Assembly (NCBI GenBank): GCA_050575255.1
Contig: JBNZDD010013678.1
Location: forward strand, 3,901,405 to 3,965,404
Direction: 5' to 3'
DNA from: Harriotta raleighana
Lineage: Eukaryota
Length of the DNA: 64,000 nt
The notes under the pieces are model-generated. The model was not told the DNA's origin and searched no databases. It saw nothing but the letters and a program-made list of their open reading frames with translations. The position numbers were made by a program, and so were the translations under genes. Numbering within the stretch: position 1 is the first letter of the stretch; the number at the start of each line of letters is the position of its first letter. Shown here one piece after another: positions 1-10,570 of this stretch.

Positions 1-542
1 TCATTCTTCTGTGTGGACAAGGCTTGCGCTGATTGTCACAGCTCCGAGGATTAATTGAGTTGTGGTTTATTACACTGAGCTGCGTGTTATTTCTGGGCAG
101 CAATCATCTAACCTCCTGATTGTTGTTTGATTCTCAATAATAAGAGCCGCCAACGCAGGATGCTCTTTTGTGTTTTGTAATCTTACATGTATCTTACTCC
201 ACAAAGCCTTAACTTATTTGCTGGTCCCCAGCTGGTATTCTGGACATGATCTGCAAGGAAAGATGGAAACACTGCATGCTCCTTTCTACATTTTATTTCA
301 GAATCATTCAGAAAGCCAGCCTTATTCCCACTCTTGTCATTGGTTAGGGTGATCATGTGACGATAAAATCAGCCTCATCTCAACATCGAGTCTGTGTATT
401 CAATAGACATAGTTTAATAATAGCGCTGTCCCTAAGCGTTTGCAATCAGTACATTTTTTATATATATATATAAATATACATTTTTTTTTGCAAAGAAACT
501 TGTCAAATAAGCCAATTTTCTCCCGCTTCTGCCCGGGCAGAA

Positions 543-888
543 ATGAACAACGAGTTTGAGCGAGAGGTTGGCTTCATCAATAGTGAGCCATCGCTTGCCG
601 AGTGCCTGACATCCTTTCCTCCTGTTGGCGAGACATTTCAAAGTTCATCAATCAAGAACTCGACGCTTTCACATTCGACACTGATTCCTCCTCCTTTTGA
701 GCAAAGCTACTGCAGCCTGGACCATGGGAACACGCAGCAAAATGGGAGAACCCACACTTCAAAAGGCACTGGCCGGGCCACATTGGGGGAAAAACCCCTG
801 GAATATCCGTGGATGAGAGACAAGAAAAACCATAAGAGAAAAACAACACCAGCAACAGGACCATTATCGTCTTGCTCTTCCAATGAAG
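543..888 (+). CDS. HOXD2: Homeobox protein Hox-D2, exon 1
   Basis: N-terminus MNNEFEREVGFINSEPSLAECLTSFPPV..FQSSSIKNSTLSHSTLIPPPFEQ is the PG2 (Hoxa2/b2) signature; hexapeptide EYPWMR; donor GAAG|GTCAGG, phase 1. D-cluster assignment rests on synteny with Mtx2. Confidence 0.93.
645..654 (-). promoter_or_regulatory. Exonic Pbx-Hox site TGATTGATGA in HoxD2 exon 1
   Basis: TCATCAATCA lies in the SSSIK codons, the position of the known coding-sequence Hox-Pbx responsive element of Hoxa2. Confidence 0.6.
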
Positions 889-1320
889 GTCAGGTTAAAC
901 TCATTTTTCCTATAGTATTTCGTATAGTCACCGGCGGTGGTACAGGGTGTTGGGGGACATTAAAAACAATCTTAGAAATCGTGCAACGAACTCGAATTAA
1001 CAGAAAGGTGAGCTACCTGTAAAACCAACACAGGCTCAGCGTTGCATTTAATCATAAATAATGAACCAGTTAAGAGATGCTCGGAATCTGAAGCACACCT
1101 TGTGCTGTGTTTTTGAAGAATCTAAACTCCTTTTAAATGCAAGATTATTGCGAATAATTTATCCCGCAGCATCTTTTCCGTTGCTTTGCTGGGGCCAGTG
1201 TTTTGCTTAAACAGTATCTTTTGTGTATGAGTGGCGGCCATTTTATACCACTAGCTTATTACGAAAATACGTTGTAACTTATCCAAACTTTACCCCCCAC
1301 CACCCTCCCCTTCGATACAG

Positions 1321-2072
1321 AAAACGAAGAGCTTAATGAAACAGACAATGGCGGTCCCTTTGACAGCTCTAGGAGGCTACGAACCACTTACACTAACACA
1401 CAGCTGCTGGAGCTGGAAAAAGAGTTCCATTACAATAGATACCTCTGTAGACCACGGAGAGTAGAAATCGCAGCCCTACTCGATTTAACAGAAAGACAAG
1501 TCAAGGTCTGGTTTCAGAACAGGCGCATGAAACACAAGAGACAGTCTCGATTCAAGCAGAGCCAAAACTGTGACTCCAAGCGTCACTTTAACACCCCCGC
1601 GTTGAATCAAAGTGGATTCCCCACAAAGAGCTCTGCCGAGACACCTGTAAATAAAACTTTGAATTCGTTAGAGACTGAAAACTTTCCTGGGCAAGATCTG
1701 GGTGACTCTCACCATAAAGACATATTGAATGAAATCAGCAGTGACCTGCTCAGTGTGATTGATACTTCTTTATTGTACATCGAAGGCAACCAGAGCCAAT
1801 ATCTCCCTCAAACCTCAGATGGTACAGACTACTCGCTCACCATGTTGAAGAACTGCTCTGGTGGAACTACCCCGAGCAGCCCGGAGAGTTTCAGCCTTCC
1901 ATCTCTGGAGGATTTAGAAATAATTACAATCGAACCCCGACTAGATTTGATAGAGGAATTGTCGCAAATATCTTTGCTGGGAAACGAGGAATCGCTGGTT
2001 ATACCATCCAATGCGTTTGACTTTTTAAGTGACAATTTTGGCTCCACAGATTTTCAGCAGCTACAGTTTTGA
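1321..2072 (+). CDS. HOXD2: Homeobox protein Hox-D2, exon 2 (homeobox about 1368-1547)
   Basis: Pyrimidine tract plus TACAG acceptor at 1320, phase-compatible with the 888 donor; encodes [59 protein letters not shown]; C-terminal [17 protein letters not shown] resembles the Hoxa2 tail. Spliced CDS is 1098 nt with no stops. Confidence 0.93.
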
Positions 2073-2321
2073 AGTCGGATTTTTTTTCTCTTTCTCTCTC
2101 TGTCTCTGTCGTCCCCCTCCCTGCCCTTCCCCCCCGCCCCCCATTTTACGACCCTGATATGTGTTACTTTCAACAATTGTACGAACAGTTTGGAAAAGTC
2201 GTATCACTGGTTACAATCCTCGCAGGCTTAGACATTGGCATCTGTGGGAATGCATTTGAAGGGACTGGGTTTGCTACAAATGAAACTGAAAGGTTGTTCA
2301 TCGAATTACTGTGATGCAAGA

Positions 2322-2327
2322 AATAAA
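2322..2327 (+). terminator. Candidate polyadenylation signal of HoxD2
   Basis: First AATAAA 250 nt after the stop, followed by T-rich sequence; an alternative lies near 2591. Confidence 0.4.
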
Positions 2328-4877
2328 AAGTATTTTCACTATTTTATTTTAAATAATGTCGAACAAGTACAGATTTTTTCAACGAGCTAAAAGACACGTC
2401 TGATAATAATACATTTTTATACAAAGTTGGTATAACAACTGTTAATATGGAAAAATATGCAATGCAAAAGTTAATATTTTTTAAACAAAAAAGGCATTTT
2501 AGTTGAGCGTGTCTATTCCGATTCGGTTGGGAATCTTCAGATATATAGATTGTTTTCGTCCAAACAATTTCGATTCATTTATTCCTGGAAAATAAAAATA
2601 GAATTTTAGCTAGTAGCCAACAGAACAGAACACACATATCCTCCGTGATACCAAAATTACGAATTGTTTATATTTCAAACCTATACAATAGTCAAGAACT
2701 ATTTTCTTGTGAAAGCGTAATTCTGACTATTTTCTAAATCTTCTTTTAATTTGTTTCTGGATCGCCTTTCATTGTTGAAGCTTTAATTGATCCAACGTTG
2801 CCTATTTTGTTTAAAAAAAGTAGTTTCTAAGACACTTAAACTGAAGTCTTCAAAGTAACATCGAACTCTTTTTTTTAATCTCTTATTAACCACCAAATGT
2901 ATTTCAAATATCGAATATGATACACATGAAAAAGCGAACAAAGAGATACCGATTATAGTTAGTTGATTTATCAAAGCGAGCTTGAACATCACTGAAATCT
3001 ATTCGAAATGTTGGTCAGAAAAACACCACTGTTGAAATGCACTCACAATAATCCGAATTATGGATTCCTCTCAATGATAACCTCAGATAAGAATCCACCA
3101 GGAACGCCATTTTGTAAGAAACCATCTGAATAGATTAATTTCACAGAGACCCTACTTGCAGGGAGAGAGTGAAGCAAGACATATAATTGACCATACATGC
3201 CAGAATTCACAACCAGCAAGCTTCCACAGACGTGCAGTGTTACAATGAACAACTCAAACGTTAGCTTAAAACACTTATTTATAAATTTGTTTCATTTTTA
3301 TAAGCTATCAGTAGCATGTCAATACATGTGGCATTTTCAGAAGAAAACGGCTTCACGATAATTGCTAGGATGCAGATTAAAGTGGGAAAGTGATCTGTAT
3401 ACAGATCTGTGTTGGTTGGAGAACAACAGGCCAGAAATACTGTAGTAATAATAGTAATAATGAAGATAATATGCTTGAAGTCAAGTTTTGACATCAGTGA
3501 AACATATCTGGTCGTTTAGCTACCTGTAAAAATGACGAGATATCACAACGTTGAAAATATTCGAACCATTCCAGAAAGTTAACTGCAATAAAATAATAGG
3601 CTCCTTTGTAAGACAGAAGTGAGCAAAGATATCCAAATTGGTCAAGCAATATTATTATTTCAAATCATTGAAAACATTCCTTTGGACTTTCTCACATGGA
3701 GCTCCCAATCAGTTTAACTCTTTGGAGTTTGGTATTAATACTCAGCATGTGGTATGGGGATGCAAGATAAAATATATCACAGTCCCAAGACAGAAATGCA
3801 CTCGCTAAACCAAACGTTACTTTATTGTGCGCTCTTTCTTGTGTTTTTAAACGTGTGCAGAAAGCTGCCAGCACCAGCAGTGAAGGCAGAATAGTGCTTT
3901 ACTAAAAACAGAAGTGGATTTTAAATCATTAACACACCCACGCGGTTTGCTGTCAGCATTTTTTTTGTTGGCGGCTAGACCTCGCATGGATATGCTTCCT
4001 CCACTATCTCCTACATTTGTAGTGGTTAATAAATATTTTAATTTTTTGAAATTCCTATTTTGGGTGTGTGATTTTTTTTCAAACATGCAGAGTTGTTTGA
4101 AGCAACAATATTTGCTGGTGACAAATCTGATACAATATGCTCCAAGGATCAAACAGTCTATGAATCGCTGTTATACCAAACATGTTGGTCAACTTGGGCG
4201 TTTCTTTTATATGAAACTCTTCCAATTCTCATAATAGACCACCTAATACCAATGGAGGCGACAAATCCGGAATAAATCACGAAATATCTGCAGGCAATTC
4301 ATTACCTGTGAATTTTTGTACTGAAAACCCCCCCAATACTTCAGATATGGACATAACACAATTTTTTTTAAAAATCGCTGCCATTTAATTATTTATGTTT
4401 CTGTTTTGAACTGTTTACGTTGTGCTCTGGTCTGTTTCCATTAGAATAGGAACATATGCACACAAGGGAATCATTCTAAACTGAAGAGTTTGATTCGAGG
4501 ATTTACTTACTGACTTACTGTTAATGCAAGATTAGGGTGCCTTTTTTTCCCCAAGCATAATGTATGCATTTCAAAACAAAAGGGCGGATTTTACGATTGC
4601 TTGTCCAGATAATAAACAGCAGTTGTCGAGGATTCCCTGTGTAGACTAAAACGATCACGTGGCAGAGAAAAATAACAGTCATCATATTTCAAGTTTATGT
4701 GGGGACCTGGCTACTATATTTACAACGAGCGTTTCCGTTTATTTTGCAAAACACGACGGCTGTAACAAAAAATGCAATTGGAAATGAAAAGAAAGGTTAA
4801 TTTCGGGATTTGTAGCAAACTCTCTAGCAAGTAAGCAGTTGTGCTGAAAGACCTGGGAGCCCTGGCTGGATGCAGGG

Positions 4878-4912
4878 CTGTCAGTGGGGCATTGTTAAGA
4901 GTTCATCAATCA
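4878..4912 (-). promoter_or_regulatory. Candidate Pbx-Hox/Sox/Meis enhancer core
   Basis: Minus strand reads TGATTGATGAACTCTTAACAATGCCCCACTGACAG: TGATNNAT, AACAATG and TGACAG within 35 bp. Confidence 0.5.
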
Positions 4913-7900
4913 TGAAATCTGCACTTTTCCCTCGACAGCGGTTCCTCCTTCTTTAAAGCAAGCCAAGGCCAGCTGGGATCCCTCCAGCAACCGCTGCCAA
5001 AGTGGACAAATGCGAAAACGAATAACACAACAGTCTAATCACAGCGCAGGCGAACCAGTCTGTAGGAACAAGCAACACGAAATCTGGGACTAAATGCTAT
5101 CCCTCGTTACCGCTCGTTAAAGAGAGTAAAACTTTTCAAGGGCAACAAAAAAAATCATCATGGCTCAGTCGAGAAAGTTAGTTGTGCGCAAATTAATGTT
5201 AAGTTTGACTTTTTTTTTCCCCTGTAGTGTTTGGGTTATTTACGTTAAGCTTTTTTTTATATAAAAAATAAGTGCCAATAATGTTTGCCCATTCATTGGA
5301 ATCTGTGGTGGATAAAATACATACATTTCAAACTTGAATGGCGTCTCTACCAAAATCCATCAGTCAGTAGCAATTGCAAGTGCATCCCCGCACTTTAGTT
5401 TGTACAGAGTTTGCACTCTGGTGTGCACAAACCAATTTATACTGGAGTGGCCCGATGCAAAATGTGACACAGCTCGTAAAACACGACACATTAATTGAGA
5501 ACATTAATCATATAAATCATGTTATCTTTCTATAAACACGGCGAGCGCTGGTAATTGTGGAGTTATTGGCAGTTAGTGAAATGCAAAGCAGCTATGACCA
5601 GTATTTGGCTGACTATATGGGTTTGGCAATTGGCTCCATTCCCCCCATTCAGTTGTTTTGGAATGGGTGGAATGCACTTAAAAGACATAACGCTCAGTCC
5701 CCTTCTTACAGGGTTTTGGACGAACATGAGCGGGAACGTGTGCAGAAAATTGTTTACAGATAAGGCTAACACAATACATATGGCCCAGGTACAAGCCCCC
5801 TAGCAAACGATGAGTGGAGTCCTCACTAGAAAGCTCTGCCGATTACTTGCCTCTAAGCTAGTTGGCGGAGTAACTGACAGAGCAACCCTACCGCGTCAAA
5901 TTAGACTCCTGGCAACCTGCCATCGCATAAATCTGTATGATTATACCGATTTAAACATGAGAAAGTGCGACGCTCTTTAAGACGTTGCACAACGCTCTGG
6001 AGTTGGGAACCTCTCCATATGAAACAGCAGTGACTCTACCCCATTTACAAAGGCAGGTCTGCAGTCTTCTCCTTAAATGTCCCGCAAAGTACACTGTTGT
6101 TTTGTTGTTGTATTGTGCAAAAGTGAAACGCTTCATATCTGTTAGTGTTTTATTGCACTCGAAGCCCACGCCACCCACGTTAGACCACTTAAATTTTCCA
6201 AACCTATTTGCAGTCACTTTCAAGAGGGGGGGAGGGAGGGGGTGGGGGGGGTTGGTGGGGGCTCTCAAACAAGAACAGCCGAACTGTCTATAGACATAAA
6301 TGGATTTGTGGGTCAGGTACTGTTTAACCTCCTCAGAAAAATCTACAGAAATGCGACTTTAATAAGGAAGAATTCGTAGAAGTATCCAGGCTTCTTCAAA
6401 TAACCCCCTTTGGTGCCCTTTTTGTCCCTTTTGACCTGGAGACTAACTTAGTATGCATGACAGGTCAAAAGAAGTCGATTTTCCAATATAATTTACTCTC
6501 TTGCATACAATATTGAGATGGAAGAAATGAGGTTTATGACATGGCGTGCACAACGGTTTCAGCCTTTTCCTTGTTCAAACTGCTAAAAATGATCAATTTT
6601 TTCTTATCTGTGAGTATAACTTTTTTTTTAAAAAAATTCAAATTTTGCCTGCAAATAACAACTACAAATTTCTGCAATCATTAACTTCTAAAGATCGATA
6701 CACAGGCGTAATATTTCTGCAATGATTCCAGCAAATTTGAGCACGCAATCAAATATTACATGTGTTGTATGTAGTCAACACTGGTCTACATGGTGGCGAA
6801 TTTAAATACAGGAAGCACTAACAACGCAATGTTGCCTATTGAAGATGCGAATGATAATAGTTTGAATGATTGCAACCAATGAGATATTAACTTTAGAAAA
6901 AAAACATACTGTGAACTGGGTGAACAATCCCATTGATTATCAGCAATTGTTGACTAAATAGTCCATGTACCATTTAAACGATGGTCTGGATAGTTATGAC
7001 AACATTGCCATTCATGCTTTGAAATGAGTTTAAAAAAAGAAGGAAAAATTACAATGGCCTTTTGGTAAAAGTTGTGGAAGTCAAGAGTGTGAAGTGATTG
7101 AGAGGGTGCGATGCATATGCTGAATTGTATATGCAGGAATTTAGTCATTTGCAAATCCCGTGGCAACTATACGCCTTCAAAGGCCTTCAACTCACTTCCC
7201 CTTGAATTATACATAGCGCAGTTTCTCCAAGCATCACATAAAACTTGCCGACAACTCTGTGGATGGGAAATGCTTTTATGAGATGTCCTTTACACAAACA
7301 AAGAAAGCGGAAAAAAAGCAAACGTTATTACATACCCGGTTCCTCCGAGGTAAATACAGTAGCTAGTCAGTTTAAAGTCACAGATGGGGTGGACAGATTG
7401 GCAATAAGACAGGCACATGGACAGACCTGTACACAGTCACGTCCTGGGCACTGGAAGCCAATTAAATATTCCCCCGCCCGTTTATATAATTTCAGAAATT
7501 CTTTTCAGACTACAGTAATTCTATTTGCTGTCCATGTTAACAAATGCCTGAGGTAATGTATTTAAAGAGCTCCTGATATGAATTAGACCGCACACCGCCC
7601 CTGGCGATCAAGAAGAGTCTGTTCCTCCAAGTGCTGTACATGCTACAAATCAACAGTCTATTATTGAGTTACAGTTTTGCTAATGAGTGCTTCGCCAGGT
7701 GAATGATTTCCACTCAACTAAGTACCATGAAAATGCATCAAGATACAATAATATTTTGAAACATCTTAAAGTAAATGAATCGGACAGTTCGCATATTCAT
7801 AAAAGTGTGCTTTGTTAGAATTCCGCCAAACCACTGTCACAGTTTTGCCGGCTCGGTTCTTAAATGCAACGTGTATAAAGTCGTCTTTCGACCTACAGGA

Positions 7901-8949
7901 ATTACAGTACTGTATTGTGTTTACATCTCTCTTAACAGCAATCAGATTACGGCTGCTAACATATCACTTTAGGAACACACGCATCACAGTAAGAGCAGCG
8001 AATGCAGAGCGGCGTGTGGTGGATTCCAGAATTAACACCGTACAGTATAGTCCGGAGAAATAATCTTTCATCAGTGTTTTGACATTTTCTGATTATAATT
8101 AAAGTACTGGCTGTCCACAATCCTCCAAAAAGGAACCACTGTTACAGACCAAACAGTGACTGCTTCTTCCACGATGATACTTGTCTGCTTGCATTAGTTG
8201 TTTGCACGATCAGACAACAGAAAACAATCCTCTAAGGCCTCAGTGACATACCAATGAAACACCCAGAAGATAGTTGCTTTTGTAAAAAAAAATCGAAACG
8301 CTTTTTTTAACAGTCATCTTAACGCAGAGATAACACTTCAGATTTTAGACAAATACCAGAAACCACACAATCAAACGTTAGAGTATACATATATATATTT
8401 TTAAAAGCCTATGTTATAGACAAAACTACTCAGTACAGTGCCAAACATTCACCTTTAGACATCAGTTCAATTAATGACCTTGCTTTCTGACATCCGCTCT
8501 TCATTCTGCACGTTTGGGGATTTGTTACTACTGTATTGTGGCTGTAATAATTCATTCATCTTATGCCATTGCCCAGACAGACCAATGAAACACTCATAGA
8601 GGTCACGCTTTTACCGGGGTGTAATGATCCTCAATATCAGAGAACCAGTACCGCGTACAGACATACATTCATTCTCCTGTAAACACCATCAGACAAGACA
8701 ACTCGAGTCGGTGTTACCCAGCCAGGGAAGCGAACGACATACATACCAGGCTGTGTGTGAGTGTGTGCATAAAAAAAGGAACTCCTACCTTTCAGTTTTG
8801 CTTCGTAGGTATCGCTCGCAGTTCGAGGAAGGTTTCTAAGGGGGGGGGGAGCTTCCGAGTGGGGTTCGTGTGATAATCGCAAAGGAAGGTGAGTAAAGTG
8901 AAGGTTTACTCCTCTCTGTTGCTTGGTATGGCTCTCCAGACGCCATGTA

Positions 8950-9015
8950 ACAGGACTGGATAGGACAGCTATAATTGGACAGGCGTCACCACGTGCCCTC
9001 CCTACACTATATTAG
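8950..9015 (+). promoter_or_regulatory. HoxD1 proximal promoter region
   Basis: ATTGG (reverse CCAAT), CACGTG E-box and TATATTA within about 170 bp upstream of the ATG. Confidence 0.4.
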
Positions 9016-9126
9016 GAATATTTACTTCCTCTTGAGTAAAAGGTCTGCTATGGTGATCAGGGAGGGGGCAGACAGCAATCAACCCAGAGACAGACACCTC
9101 ACTCTACCCAGCCGCCCAGTGGAAGG

Positions 9127-9742
9127 ATGAACTCTTACCTGGAATACGTTTCCAGTGCAGATATTTTGACTTTCCCTCCCAAGTTCGGCCACAGCAGCCC
9201 CCCCCCGCCAGTGTCCCTTCAGCAGTGCTCCAGAGAAGGGCGCCGTTTCGCAGGTGGACTCACAAGTGATCATCCATCTCCCAGCCATCATCACCACCAC
9301 CTTCATCATCACCATCATCATCAACGCCATCACCTGCATCAGCCGGTGCCTTCCAGCCTCGAACTTCCCTACGATTCCGCTGCACCCGTCGATGTCAACC
9401 TCTTACCCCTGAGTAGTTTGGGCTACGATTTTCCTTTAGCTGCTAATCAGGAGTTGGATGACAGTGGAGGTTTGGTCCCATACGCGACCTCTGTTTACTC
9501 AGGAAACGCATCTTTTCCCCTGACTGAACGCCAGCAGGAATACAGCACCTCACTGGGTGACCAGGGAAAATATCCAACGTATGGCAAGGAGTACCCGAAC
9601 TTGTACACGGGACATTATCAGAGTCTCTCCCCGTCTGAGGGCAGCTATCACCAGGGGCCGGAATCGCCCACCACAGAGAGAGGCGCCGCCACTGCATATA
9701 CTTTCGAGTGGATGAAAGTGAAGCGGAATCATTCTAAAACAG
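9127..9742 (+). CDS. HOXD1: Homeobox protein Hox-D1, exon 1
   Basis: MNSYLEYV start and TFEWMKVKRN PG1 hexapeptide region; donor ACAG|GTCAGT, phase 1. Confidence 0.95.
9286..9339 (+). repeat. CAT/CAC poly-histidine coding repeat
   Basis: Encodes HHHHHLHHHHHHQRHHLH. Confidence 0.9.
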
Positions 9743-10211
9743 GTCAGTCTCGTCCCCATTTCCTAATCTGTGTCTATCAGAGCTCGTTCCACGCCTTTTC
9801 TCCGGTAAGTTAGTGAAGCTGCCAGGTGTTATGTGCGTATTTAAAACACCGGAACTGTGAACTTGTGTTTGCAGAGAACGCCTGTTTCTGGCTTGTAAAT
9901 TCAGTGAGGGTGAGTGGGGTGTGAGGGGGTTGCATTAACTCTTTCATCAGCAGAATGCCATGATGTTGAAATAATGTGGGGGTGAATGGAGGTAGTTAGT
10001 GGAACCTGTATCTTGCCTGTGGTTTGATACACTACCTCATCGGTCGTGTTCTCATCGTTTGGAAGTAAAGATGAGGATTCAATCGTGTGTTGTTGAGTGT
10101 AGATCCCAATTTCAGATCGTAAGTAAACAGCCTAGTCATGGTAAAGAGTGAAACTTGCTGGGTTCCCACTCAATAACACTTTATAACTTATGCTTTTTTT
10201 TGATTTTGTAG

Positions 10212-10570
10212 CGAAAACAGCCGAATATGGGATTGCCAGCACACCCAGCACAGTCCGCACTAATTTCTCCACCAAACAGCTGACCGAATTGGAGAAGGAA
10301 TTCCACTTTAATAAGTATTTGACTCGAGCCCGCCGCGTGGAGATAGCAAACGCTCTTCTACTCAACGAGACACAGGTGAAGATTTGGTTCCAGAACCGCA
10401 GAATGAAACAGAAGAAGAGGGAGAGAGAAGGTCTGCTGGCCAGTCTGGCTTCTCTGGGCTGCACCCAGGACTCGCCATCCGGAGAGAGTTCGGACAAGTC
10501 GGACACTACCTCGCCTTTGCCTTCCCCTACTCCATACAGCTCAACACCAACTCCAAGCTCAGTGTTGTGA
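10212..10570 (+). CDS. HOXD1: Homeobox protein Hox-D1, exon 2 (homeobox about 10244-10423)
   Basis: Acceptor TTTTGTAG|CG; encodes [60 protein letters not shown] (NFST and KKREREG are Hoxd1-like). Spliced CDS is 975 nt. Confidence 0.95.

Noticed and set aside
941-948. miR-10 seed complement ACAGGGT
   Set aside because: Intronic in the main isoform and expected by chance; I saw no miR-10 or miR-196 hairpin in the window.
5555-6293. Several 70-105-aa ORFs between HoxD2 and HoxD1
   Set aside because: No recognisable domains or splice structure; lengths compatible with chance.
10132-10506. 124-aa minus-strand ORF
   Set aside because: Antisense shadow of the HoxD1 homeobox exon.
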